DNA from: Octopus bimaculoides
Taxonomy: Eukaryota
Direction of reading: 5' to 3'
Length of the DNA: 63,379 nt
Assembly: GCF_001194135.2 (NCBI RefSeq)
Contig: NC_068990.1
Span: 67,767,371-67,830,749, forward strand
Numbering within the stretch: position 1 is the stretch's first letter; every line of letters starts with the position of its first letter. This document shows, in pieces, positions 25,813 to 38,695 of the stretch. The translations under genes and the position numbers were made by a program. A model generated the notes under the pieces. The model was given only the letters and a program-made list of their open reading frames with translations, was not told the DNA's origin and did no database searches.

Positions 25813-27871
25813 CACACCAGTATGCATTTTTTTTTTCTTTTCTTTTGCTGGGGAGTTATTTCTTTGAAAAATATTCTCAAAGGCAATAACTTAAATATGT
25901 GACCTGTATATATAACCTTCCTTTGTGCATAGTTTTGAAAACAACAGTCATTAAACTGCCACTGAAGCAGAGTAGCTTGAGGAAGAAGGAGGAATAGTTT
26001 TGTTTCTAAGTTTTGTAGCTCAGAAGACTAACTGGTAATGGTTACTGGCCATCTATTGAAATTGTGTGGCTGAGCAGATTATCTGTTTGGCTGGTATGGT
26101 GAGGCTGAAGCAGTAGAAATCGAGACAAATAATGCAATTGGTCAGCAAGTTATCATTTGATTCACTAACCAACTGAGCACGTACTGATGTATAACGAGAT
26201 ACAAAGAAAAATCCTCAGCAACAGTTATTCTCGACACTACTTCACTTACTTGCCCTCCTCTCAGTTTGATGAATTTCGCCATTTATTTCTTTATTCTCAT
26301 GCAAAAATATAAAACTAAATAACCTTTCTATATAAAATTCACATATCACTACCATCATGTTATTTTTAAGATAACATCTTACTACTAGTCTACAGTTTTC
26401 ATGTATCACACACCATTGCTCCTATTCTCTCAATGTAGTAAGGGTTTAATACAGTTTTACTGTTTGTAATATTGATAGCGTTTCACTTCATTGTTTTTCT
26501 TCAGAAATTATTCTCTTAATTAAAATATACTCAAAATTAATATCATATATAATTTTATTTTTGTTTTTTCTTAAATGTTTCTTTTAAACTATAGTATACT
26601 TTACAATGGACACTTTTGACAGAAATATGTGTGGGTGTATGTGTGTGTATACCTTCAGAGATTGCAGAGAACTTTATGTGATCATAAAGAAAATCAGATT
26701 TAAGATGGAAGAAGACTAAAATGTATTTTAATCACAAGGGGACTTTGTTTACATTATTTATGAACTTCAACATTGCCAGGAAATAACTGCTAGCATTTCT
26801 CTGTGTGTCTATATCTATCTATCTATCTATCTATCTATANNNNNNNNNNNNNNNNNNNNNNNNNNNNNNNNNNNNNNNNNNNNNNNNNNNNNNNNNNNNN
26901 NNNNNNNNNNNNNNNNNNNNNNNNNNNNNNNNNNNNNNNNNNNNNNNNNNNNNNNNNNNNNNNNNNNNNNNNNTATATATATATATATATATATATATCA
27001 AGAAAGAGAGATGGAGAGGAGGGGTTAATATATGTATATACTCAAGCACATATATTACATACATAGATATATGTGTGTGAAGCAAAGCAATATTTTGAAA
27101 GTTTAATGGATATTAGTGCATGGGATATGCATATATCTATTTCCAAGGAATTAATTTCTGTTGAGAACTATCTAAACCAATTACTCTAAAGAATATATCT
27201 TTATTTTTTCTTCTGAAATGCAATTCAGAAAATTATAATTCTATAACCACAATTCTAACTTTAAAATTTCTTTTCTTTAATTTTGATGGCAGGTGTTAGA
27301 TTTCTTTCCAAGAATTTGATTTATACTTAGACAATGATAAATCATATCTTTGGAAAATTCTACTTCTAAGCATGATAATTCAACCATTACTGACTGATCC
27401 CTTCAAAAGTAGTTGAGTACTTCTTACTCTCAAAGACACATGACCGTATTAAGCACAATATAATTGATAAATAAGTATTCTAACCAATACCAGAATATTC
27501 TGTTGGGACTTGATGAACATAATGACAGCATATACCATTTGTTTTTCATATGTGAAGGAAAGTGATATTTCAAATGTTTGATGGATAATAGCATTTGGAA
27601 TATTCCTATGTGCCTGCTCTTAAAGATTTCATTTCTGTTGTGATTTCTCAGAACCAACTACCCTGAAGAATATGTTTCTTTCAATTCAATTGTAAAACCT
27701 TATTCACAACACACACACACAAACACAAACACATGTACACAGAGTTCCATTTGATTAGGACATTAAATGAGTTTGACTCTATCTGTTTTGAGTTACCCCC
27801 ATCAGCAAATACTCTGCTGGTATTCTTAAAACAATAACTGAAAAACATGCATATCTATGTACATATGTACT

Positions 27872-28292
27872 AGGTGCAGGAGTGGCCGTGTGGTAAGAAG
27901 CTTGCTTCCCAACCAAATAGTTCCAGATTCAGTCAGTCCTGTGTGGCATCTTGGGAAAGTGTCTTCTACTATAGCCTCAGGCTAACCAAAGCCTTGTGAG
28001 TGAATTTGGTAGACAGAAACTGAAAGAAGCTCATTGTATATACATATATATGTGTATACATATATATCTATGAGTGTGTGTGTGTGTCTTTGTGTCTGTG
28101 TTTGTCTCCCCCTCACTATATGACAACCTGCGTTGGTGTGTTTATGTCCACTAACTTAGTGGGTCGACAAAAGTGACCAACAGAATAAGTACCAGGCTTA
28201 AAAAATAAGCACTAGGGTAGATTCATTCGACTAGAAATTCAAGGCGGTGCCCCAGTATAGCCACAATCTAATGACTGAAACAAGTAAAAAAG
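27872..28292 (+). mobile_element. SINE family A, full composite copy
   Basis: Head, (TA)(TG)n, body ending ATGACTGAAACAAGTAAAAAGA. Confidence 0.9.
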
Positions 28293-28422
28293 ACATAATG
28301 TCCAGTTACTTAGAATTAAGAATAAGAAACTCAGATAGGTTTGAGAGTGAATAAAGTATTTAATTCATAATTGTTAGTTCAACACATATATCATTTTGTT
28401 GGGCAAACAGTTATGGATTAAG

Positions 28423-28469
<47 letters not shown>

Positions 28470-28615
28470 ATCATCATCATCATCATCACTGTTGTCATCA
28501 TCCATTGTCCATGTTGGCATAGGTTTTATGGTTTCCAGTGCTGGATGCCCTCCCTAACACCAACCACTTTACAGAGTGTACTGAGTGCTTTTATGTGACA
28601 CTGCAAAGATGCTTT
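28470..28615 (-). mobile_element. RTE-tail fragment
   Basis: (CAT)n, CCATGTTGGCAT, CTGGATGCCCTCCCTAACACCAACCACTTTACA. Confidence 0.75.
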
Positions 28616-28918
28616 TATGTGGCAATACCATTAGGACTGGTTTTAATACTTCTGCTGCGGGTCATATGGTTATAGATATATATATATATAGTTCTGCTTG
28701 TTGGAGAGAGTGCATTATACAAGTCTGTCCAACTATAGTACTACCAAAGGCATATAAATGTATATATCATGAAGAGCCTGAGGAAGGGAAAGATGCTGGA
28801 AGAAATAGGATGAAGTGAGGAAGAAAAAGACGATAAAAATTTGGGATGTTTGATGATACGTGATACTTGAAATCCCCCATCCTTCTTGGCAAATCTGAAA
28901 TTCTCAAAGCACCATGTG

Positions 28919-28955
<37 letters not shown>

Positions 28956-29424
28956 GTATCCACAACTAGGCTCCTTGCCTGATTTTCTCTTTAAGAAATC
29001 CCCATCACGAATAATCTCTCTAACTGCAATGTTTTGCTGCTGTAATATGAGCTGAACTGCATACTTCACCAGTTTCTCTGATATCTCTCCTTTATTCTTA
29101 ATACTGTCTTCTCCACCAACAGTTTACATTGATCACACTCCTGTTTGACCAAATTATGTATCCTTTACCACAATACATCTCTCTCATGTCACATGCACTA
29201 CGTCTGCACCTACAAACCATATTTCATCTCTCATTCTTTCATTCTTTCCCTATCAACTATATCACAATTATTATTCTATTGCTCTTCTCCATCTTGCACT
29301 GTATGTCATCTCCTACTCTCCCAATATTAGCATAAAGGCAACTTACTCTCCATTATTCTACCATTCAGGTAAGGATGTGTGATTCTTTAGTCTTGTGAAT
29401 TACATGGCAATTTCATTGGCATTA

Positions 29425-29605
29425 CTGCTATGGAAAATGCAGCCAACACACTTTGTAAAGTGGCTGGTAATAGGAAGGGCATCCAGTCATAGAAACTATG
29501 TCAAAAACTAAGATGCTGGAGCATGGTCTTGATTCTCTAGATCCTGTTGAACTGTCCCACCCACGCTGATATGGAAAGGGATATAAAATGATGATGATGA
29601 TGATG
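29425..29605 (+). mobile_element. RTE-tail short element
   Basis: TAGGAAGGGCATCCAGTC...AAATGATGATGATG. Confidence 0.75.
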
Positions 29606-30204
29606 AAGGTAATTGTATTTACCAAGAAAAGTATTGTGCAATTTAAAATTTTGCTTCAACATTTTCTCATCTTATCCATGCAACAAGCAGGGAAAATTAG
29701 ACATTTAAAAAATGATGATAGTGATATATATGTGTGTGTGTATGTGTCTGTAAATGTGTGAGTGTGTGTGTTGTCGTTGTTTCTGAAAGCATTGTTTAAA
29801 ATGAATTTATAATTGAATTTGAAACTAGTAGTATTTTGCAATTCTAATTAAGTCAAATTTTTTTTGAATATTAAAACTTTCTCTATGAAGCTTCAAGCAC
29901 AATTTTAACAAAACACCGAAACAAAGGCACGATGAGTATAATGTAATAAGTTAATCAGATAATCCTAAATTTACTAAAAACCTAATTATGTATATTTATA
30001 GTAAATACCATTAAAATGAATGAAACATTAATAGATTAACTAATTTTGTCATCTCGTTAGGGTGGATTAATATTGTAAAAATATGTAATTGGTCTATCCT
30101 CCACAGTAGATATTACAGGCTTTTGTAGAGAATCTTCTAGAGATAGATTTTATCTAAAGATCTGGTACACTCGCAGGGGTACTGAGCTATTTATATGAAG
30201 GGGA

Positions 30205-30385
30205 ATAATTGGCAGAGACTTGTCAGAGTGTATCACAGTATTTGCTCCCACATTCTGTGTTCTGAGTTCAGATCCTGCCAAGGTCAACTTTGTCTTTTGT
30301 CCTTTCAAGTTTGATAGAAAATATCTTACTCCAGGGTGTTGGATGAGTATATTGCGAGGGAGTTCAGTGAATTGTCTTGTGGTAT
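30205..30385 (+). mobile_element. SINE family B, degenerate
   Basis: TGGCAGAGAC...TTCTGAGTTCAGATCCTGCCAAGGTCAACTTTGTC. Confidence 0.65.
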
Positions 30386-32272
30386 GTTTCAGTCTTTTTA
30401 GATTGCAATAGTAATCACTGTGAAGACATTGGTGCCAAACGGAATTAGCTAAAATCAGTGGATTTTCCTTTGGATAAACACTGCTGTCATGGAAATGGCA
30501 GATTTGCATGCATGGGCATCTACCGGCCTTCTTGAAAAAAAAAAAAAACATTTTGCCCAGACCTGCACATGTATGCATAGATACATGGGTTAATCTTTAC
30601 CAGTAGAAGGTACCCACAGCAGTATCTGTATTTAATGTTTAGTTTTGATTTTAATAAGATAGCACTTTTTTTGTAAACATAGAAACATATTTCGCAGCAT
30701 GATGGAGCTGTTAGCATTTCATCAATAATGGTTTTATTGATAGAATTTTCTTCTAGGAAATATGCTGTGTGTATATAGATATATATATATATATATATTG
30801 ATAGAACCTTTTACCAATCCGATAGCTTGAAACTACAGTAAAATTTTAGATGAAGCCATGGGATTTGATATATGTCACTTCTGATCTAATTTTCTGCATG
30901 TAGACATTTAATTTATAGAATTTTTGTTGGAATTTTAGAGTTATAGCACTTCTTGTGCTCCTGTTAAGATGGTATCAACTTATAAATTCATGATATCAGC
31001 AACCACATGCACACAGATATAATATATGTATAGAAAGGAAGATCCATTTTCCAATTTCCTCTAACATTTGCCTTTCTAAATATAGATACTAGAAAAGCAA
31101 CTTCCTAATAAGTATTTTGGGTCTTGGCAATCTCTTAATATTAGAAATCATATAGTAACAGCCAAGTGTTTGGAATGGACAATAAAAGTTAAATGAAAAT
31201 ATTGAGGAAGGAGAAAAAAAAACGAATAAACAAATGAAATATTGAAGTCTGGAACTGAAGATAGTAGTAGAACAGAAACTTTTCTAAGGATATTATTGTC
31301 TTGTACATTGTAGTTACTCTCTCTCTCTCTCTCTGTAGATATAATATATATATATAATATATCATATATAGCTATAGGGGTAAAGTTATTCCGTTGACTT
31401 GTTTTGCTTATATGGTAATCACTTTAATAAAATGAAAGATCATTTTTGTATCCCAGAAACAGAAAACATGGTATAGAGAGAGAGAGAGAGAGAGAGAGGA
31501 TATAAATAAAGAGTGTGAGAGGTGTGGGTGAGCGAGAAAAAGAGAGAGAAAAGAAAAATTAAAGACTGAGCTAATATTTGCTAGATTTCAGTTTATACAC
31601 ACTGTAGGAAATGAAAAAAGATCATAAAATAAGTCAGCCTATAACCTAAAGACTAAAGTAGGCATCAAATATTCTGGATTTGTATAAAATCAGTGAAGTT
31701 GGTTTGATGCAACAATGCAAAACCATTCTTGTTGTGATAACCATTTTTATTCTTACTGTTGTTATTAATATTGTGATCAACATCATCCTCACCTATTTTA
31801 TACATGCTGCAGCTATCCACTATACTAGACATGAAACGCACAATAGTTATTCCTTTTTCTTGCAGGAATTATATATATATATAATATTACCTGAAGTTTG
31901 AGATGCAGTATTATCATTGACGAAAGAATTGGTTTTGGCTGTTACCTTCATCATCCATTGTGCTATGTTTTGGTGAAGTACTATACTTTGAAGATTCAGT
32001 CTTAGTCTGTTATCAGCTATCATAATTTACCCCGTCTTATAATACAGAAACCTTGAAGGTTCCTATATAAGACTCACAAGGATATTGGAGAGTTATAACT
32101 GGGATCTACTATGTTTTTACTTTTTTATGACTGTAGTTAAGAAGATACATTGTTGTTCTTGATACAATAGCAAAAGCATATTTTCGAGATAATACTACAC
32201 TCTGTGAGTCTCTCATTATCATCAGATTCAAACTCACTCTAAACTAGAATACTTGTTTACATAGCAGGAAAT

Positions 32273-32313
<41 letters not shown>

Positions 32314-32320
32314 TTATTAT

Positions 32321-32490
32321 AGATGTAGGCATGGCTATGAGGTTCATAGGTCTGTTTCCCAACCACATAGTTGTGTGCTCAGTCCCACTGCATTTGACTT
32401 TAGATAAGTGTTGCCTTCTACTACAGCCCAGAGCTGTCCAAAGTCTTGTGAGTGGATTTGATAGATGGAAATTAAAAGGAGCCTTTCATA
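32321..32490 (+). mobile_element. SINE family A head
   Basis: GCATGGCTATGAG...CCCAACCACAT...CAGTCCCACTG...GTGAGTGGATTTG. Confidence 0.75.
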
Positions 32491-32690
32491 TCATCATCAT
32501 GATTTAGCGTCCATTTTCCATATTGGCATGGATTTGATGGTTCAAGTGGACCTGGTAAGCCAGAGAGCTGCACCAGGCTCCAGTCTGTTTTGGCCTAGTT
32601 TCTGCAGTTGGATGCCCTACCTAATGCCAACCATTCAACACAGTATACTGGGTATCTTTTACGGTCACCAACATGGGTGCCTTTCACATA
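32490..32690 (-). mobile_element. RTE-tail fragment
   Basis: CATCATCATGATTTAGCGTCCATTTTCCAT...TTGGATGCCCTACCTAATGCCAACC. Confidence 0.75.
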
Positions 32691-34089
32691 TAAGATCATA
32701 TGCAACCTGCATTATGTATTACTCCCATATTTCTGATGTTGCTGCCAATCATAGCCAATATCTAAAACTAGCAATACAGTTATGTGGCAAAGATTCATTA
32801 TCAAATATGCTACAGCTACTGGCTCATGTACATATTGTTCCTCTAAAACCTTCGTTAAACACATTAACAAATAATTCTTTCTGAAAACTGAACTCGTCAG
32901 GAATTCTTTTTCTTAATCATTTTTCTTTCATAAATATGTAGAAGCTCAAAGTGAAAATTGACTGCAGCAATTTCATCAATCTAGAAGGGCCAGCTAAAAC
33001 TAAAATTATCCAACCTTCATCCAGATCAGCAATACTATAAATAAAGATAGCGCATACTTTCCATTTTCACATGAATGATATGAAAATGTAAAACATGTGC
33101 CATGCTAGAATGCAGTTTCTATAATCGACAAATAATTGCAGAAAATAAGAACCAGTCTGAAGAGTTTTTACTGAGAAAATCTCACATTAAGTTCATTCTA
33201 ATATGGCTGCCATTCGTAAGCTCGTGTTCAAATACAACTTAAAATTGACAAATATTTGCCTTATGGGGTTGTGGCATACTAGTGAAAAGCATTGTAAATA
33301 AAGGTCAGAGAAGTTGAATCCATCCCAGCTACATGACAAACAGTGCTTGAATTAGTGGAAGCATGATGATTTACTAATACAAAGTTAATAGTTCAATGTT
33401 TCTTCATCAATAATAATAACTCATCATCTCAGAAATCAATATGAATCCAAATCATACAAAACTCTAGTTAATATGCGGAAAAAAAAAAAGATATAAAACA
33501 AAAATTGCTAAGAAATGAAGTTATATTAATAAACATGAAAACTAAAATAACAACAAAAAATCAGAAAAGTTAGACTGTGCAAAGAAAAGTCAGTGCTCTC
33601 AAGAGAAGTTATCTGAATCCAAAACTTTATTAAAAAGCTTGTATTTACATATTCCTGGTTACTATTTGACCTTAACATACAGATTTTAGAAAGACTAATA
33701 TTGTTAATAAACAAGTCTTAAAATATACACAACTTTTAGAGAGCTACCACCATTTACTAACAAAATTTACTAGCTTTAGTAAAAGACAAATTAATAAACT
33801 GTGTTGTTGCTACAACGAAGTAAATTCTCTAATTTAGGATTGTGATTCTCATCAAAAAAGTCCTGCGGTATTTGGAGAATGTTGTGACATAAGAGCAACA
33901 ATAAAATATCTAGTTTATAATGAAGAGTGAAAAATAATCCCCCACTGGATATTATTGTGCTATGCTCTAGGACTTACGGGGCCAGTTACTTGGTTTGTAT
34001 GATATGGGATCATATCATTTTTCCTGAATGGGATGTCAGTCTGTTGCAGGGTTAATCATTTACAGCTGAACTGGTGCCAGTGTGAAGCT

Positions 34090-34345
34090 GTGGAGATGCA
34101 TGGCTTGATGGTTAGGGTGTTGCACTCATGATTGTAAGATTCTGGTTTCAATTCCTGGACCAGGCAATATGTTGTGTTCTTGAGCAAAACACTTCATTTC
34201 ATGTTGCTTCAGTTCACTCAGCTGGCAAAAATGAGTAATCTTGCAACAGACTGGTGTCCCATTTAGGTGGAGAATTTACACACCATGAAAATTGAGAACC
34301 TGGCCCTTAACAATTGGCATGACTCGAGAAGGTAACTTTACCTAT
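34090..34345 (+). mobile_element. SINE family C
   Basis: TGGCTTGATGGTTAGGGTGTTGCACTC...TTCTTGAGCAAAACAC...CACTCAGCTGGCAAAAATGAG. Confidence 0.85.
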
Positions 34346-34349
34346 TTTA

Positions 34350-34475
34350 GGTTTTTGAACTGGTGCAACATGAAATGAAGTGTTTTGCTCAAGAACACAA
34401 TGCACCACCAGATCTGGGAATCAAAGCCATAATGTTGCACATATGAGTGCAATGGTCTAATGACTAGGCCACACA
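34350..34475 (-). mobile_element. SINE family C head, inverted
   Basis: GAAATGAAGTGTTTTGCTCAAGAACACAATGCA is the reverse complement of the family C core. Confidence 0.8.
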
Positions 34476-34922
34476 CTTTCTCTATAATGAAGAGGGCCCA
34501 CCCTTAAAAGAAGTTAAGAATTTCATCAAGAATCCTTTAAAAAGTCAACAACACAACAAACAGCTTGTACTACCAAGTACTTACAACTTGTACTTACAGC
34601 CATAGTTATGGACAAGAAGGATTATGTAGCCTAATGGTATTATAAATAAAAAGTATTTGACCTTATAGATGTACCTAAATAATTACAGAGACTAAATTAC
34701 TAAGCCTACACAAAATGAGTAATAACAAACTTTCTGGCAATAGTCACTTATACTTTGTAGCATATTATGACTGTATAATAAAATATGGTGTTTCTACAAG
34801 TCATTTATATGTACATGTCAGCTGCCAGAAATTTGTTTAATATGTAAAATTGGTATATCCAGTAATGTTACACCGCTATGTTTTGTAGTTGTTTAAGGAA
34901 TGAGTTCATGGATGATTAATGG

Positions 34923-34983
34923 GTTAGATGGGCACTGATGAAGGAGCCAAAACTCCTGGAATATGGCATATACACCCATTAAC
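34923..34983 (+). ncRNA. Type I hammerhead-like motif with long stem I
   Basis: CTGATGA (34935-41), 5-bp stem II AGGAG/CTCCT, GGAA in place of GAAA, ATATG/CATAT helix III, UA site. Stem I GTTA(G)ATGGG/CCCATTAAC with two junction mismatches. Confidence 0.6.
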
Positions 34984-35352
34984 TATTTTTCTATCTTTGA
35001 TCACATTGTTTTTTACATTAGATGTAGTCGGATATGAAACATCATAACAAATCAGTACTAGCTATAATTTCTATACAGTACCTGTAGAGATAATCTTAAC
35101 AAGCAATTTAATATTTAATAGCACTGCTAACACAGTATTGACTATGAAAGCATTTGATATACTTTGTAGTATATTATGGTTGCATAATGAAATACGGTGT
35201 CCCTACAAATCATCAAGCAATAATATAGGTTGTTCATGTGGTACTATATGTACCAAATGCATATGACCAGCCACAAATGTCAAACCATGCGCTTCACTTA
35301 AGTCAGATTGTAGTTGTACATGATCAGCATAAAAACCTCTTTCTTTTGTGAT

Positions 35353-35401
<49 letters not shown>

Positions 35402-35604
35402 GGACAGAACTGTCTTGGATATAGAAAGAGCTCTGCATGTAATAAAAGTACTTAACTCAATATCAAACAGTGAAAGCAAAATAGAATTCGTGGTCTGTAT
35501 TTCAGAGTATTTTATACCGCTGACAATAATGATATCTGGAACAAAATATCTGTGCATATATTCATATTGCATTCCCTTGACTGTGTAAACAATTACCTTT
35601 CTAG

Positions 35605-35745
35605 TATATGTGCATGTATGATTGTGAGGTTGAGAATTTTGCTCTGCAACCAAATGGTTTGAGGTTCAGTGCCACAGCATGGAACCTTGGGCACCAGGCC
35701 AAATCAAATTTAGTCAGTGGATTTGGTGGACAAAAACTAAGAGAG
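35605..35745 (+). mobile_element. SINE family A head
   Basis: CAACCAAATGGTTTGAGGTTCAGTGCCACAGCATGGAACCTTGGGC. Confidence 0.75.
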
Positions 35746-35786
35746 AGAGAGAGAGTGTGTGTGTGTATACACAAACACACATATAT

Positions 35787-35948
35787 GACAAGTTTCTACG
35801 TAATTTCCTGCTACCAGTTTCATTCACAAAGTATTGGTTGATTCAGGACCATAATAGAAGATTGTTGACCAAGGTGGCATGCAGTGGGACTGAAGCCAAA
35901 ATCACATGGTTCCAAACCAAACTTTACATCACACAGCCAGCCTGCACT
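35787..35948 (-). mobile_element. SINE family A head, inverted
   Basis: CCAAGGTGGCATGCAGTGGGACTGAA...CACACAGCCAGCCTGCAC is the reverse complement of the head. Confidence 0.8.
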
Positions 35949-36017
35949 TATATATACATATTCATTATAGATATGTATAGATATCTATCATATATATATT
36001 ATCTCATAAATGTATAT

Positions 36018-36058
<41 letters not shown>

Positions 36059-36124
36059 NNNNNNNNNNNNNNNNNNNNNNNNNNNNNNNNNNNNNNNNNN
36101 NNNNNNNNNNNNNNNNNNNNNNNN

Positions 36125-36185
<61 letters not shown>

Positions 36186-37014
36186 TATTTATATGTATGA
36201 TAAGATTATATATGCTTCAATTCAATACAGAAAAGTACGTAAAATGTCTAAACTCCAAGCAAACAAACTATACAACAATGGGACCATGAATATACAAATA
36301 CAGAAGAAAAAACATAAAAAAAGCATATAAAATATTAAAATTAGAACAGTAAACATCAGCCTAACCAATAAAATTACATCTCCCTCTAACTCACCTCCAT
36401 GACCACCAAACATTACTCAAAATTTGTATCATTTACTACAAAAAAAATCTTCCACATAACCACTATCATCACTCAGCTACCATATTCCCCACAATGTACA
36501 CCAACAGTATCATCATCATGATCAACATCAAGTAGTTAAGTCTAAATAAATAAAACTTGGACATTTATAAAGCTTAACTTTTATTGGTTCTTTCATTGTC
36601 ACACAAGTAAGAGATAAATTTTGGTGCACATGACACTCATTACCGATTCCTTCCTTCCTACACTGGCAAACTTGGCTATTTATATTTCTCATGTTGTTTT
36701 GCTAGGATTATATATATTTATTTATGTATGTAGGTATGTGTGCATGTGTTTGTGCACCTTTATGTATGCATGTATGCTTGTATTAAAATAGATTTTTGTT
36801 AGAACGTGTGCATACATTTATATGCTCATAAATATAGAAAAGTATGCATTTATATAACACATATATGTATATATAAAATATGTATTTGTAATTGTGTGTA
36901 TGTATATGTATATACATATATGCACACACACACACACACACACACACATTCTTGCAAACACACACACATATATATTTGCATTTGCTTTAATGTGGTTTTA
37001 TACATATATACAAA

Positions 37015-37930
37015 CCAGCAGAAATACCCAGCATTGCTCGGGTTAAAGAGAATAATGAAATTTAAAAACACTGTCTAGATTACGCAGGTCTTAACTGCTA
37101 GTAGCTGAGATACCAACTTTCTACATTAATAACTCTCCAACCCATGCCAGCATGAAATATAGATGTTAAGTGAAAGTTTTCAAACCATATATGTATATAA
37201 AGTAAATACACATAATTCAAAAACACCTCTTGTCTAGCTTATTTCATAACCAAAATCAGGTGCAGATTACAAACAATGAAAAGCCAATTTTGGTGATTCA
37301 TTTGAGAGAGGTAGTAGAGAGCCAATCCGATGATAAATTTGACCTTGGATATTGAAAGTTTGCATGAATCCTGGCTCAGTTAAATCTCTTGTGGTTACAA
37401 ATGATGTCATCTGTAGTGCAGCATTGTATTGTCTAATTTTATGTTGAAAGTGCTTGAAATCTTGGTCAGTTGATGACAACAGTTTCTTCGATGGCTCTGG
37501 CGGTTGGGGGATTCCAGGGAGTTTAGCCTTTCCCCCCACTGTAGTACAGTGCAGGTGTCTCTCCAGGCCATTTCCTTGTTTTACAATGTATGCACTTAGT
37601 TGTCATTACACCAATGGAAACACTAGTGTCATCTGCATAATGAACTGCTGGATCATAATTGAAGGCTGCTTCATAGAATTTGCTTCTCTAAGCTCTTGCA
37701 ACTGCTCTTCAATCTGCAATGGAGATCCTATTCCTTCTCAGCTGTGCATACCTCTGTTCATCACTTTAAGATGCTCTGGCTTTTGTGGTGCACAGTCTGT
37801 TTGTTTCTCAGCATGCTTCCCTTTCTGCAGCTGTCTCTCTTTCCCTGGACAGAGACATTGTAGACAAATTTGACACTTTCCTTCTAGGCATGGTTATATA
37901 TGTATACAGAAATACACGGGAGCAAAAGAT
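37015..37930 (-). mobile_element. Internally deleted Helitron
   Basis: Minus strand AAFNYDPAVHY...IGVMTTKCIHCK...(frameshift)GGKAKLPGIPQPPEP...HFQHKIRQYNAALQMTSF...QGQIYHRIGSLLP is the Helitron Rep N-terminal region. The 3' end is a GC hairpin (37027-42), 8 nt, then CTGG|T (CTRR) at 37015. The 5' TC end near 37929 is tentative. Confidence 0.88.
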
Positions 37931-38554
37931 AGTAAACATTGAAAGTAACTGGGTAACAGAAATTATATTTCTTAATAACAGAAATTATATTTCTTGTGTG
38001 TGTCTGTATATTATGTGCATGGCTTTACTTCAATGAAACGATATGATTGCATTTTTGCTGGTAACATTAAATGTAGAAATGAACAAATACGCATTCACCT
38101 ATACATACAGTTAAACTGATAAGTGCAAAACAGCCACTCCTATTACATACATTGCTGGCATACATTTAACTATTCTGCCAGCTCTCCATCTTAAAGATGA
38201 TGAGGAGGAGGAGGAGGAGGACGATAATGATGGTGAGTGTTTGGTATCTTTGATGAGACTTAACATCTAGGCAGTAAGCCTAATAATTTGTAGAAAAAGA
38301 CCTTGAGAGACCCCATGAGATCTTTGCCAACAAATTAACAGGAGCAAGTAAGATTGAGAAGAAGAAGAAGAAGAAGAAGAAGAGTTTCCTGTTCCAAGAA
38401 TCTTGTTTTAAAATAATAATGAAAATCAGCAATAAGAAACTTTTCACAATGAAACTCTTCACCTTTCAATGATAGTATGTAAAGAACTGGTATATGCTAT
38501 TTAGGAGGTGAGAACTTCACAGGAAAGGATTAGGTGTGATCAGTATGGTGAAAT

Positions 38555-38695
38555 CATCATTATCATTGAATGTCTGTTTTCCCTGCTATGTGTCAGATGG
38601 TTTGACAGGATCCAGTGAGCCATTGAACTGTGTTGAGCTCCTGTGTTAGCTTTGGCATGGTTTCTATGGCTGGATGCCCTTCCTAATGTCAGGGT
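38555..38695 (-). mobile_element. RTE-tail fragment
   Basis: GGTTTGACAGGATCC...GGCTGGATGCCCTTCCTAATG. Confidence 0.75.
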
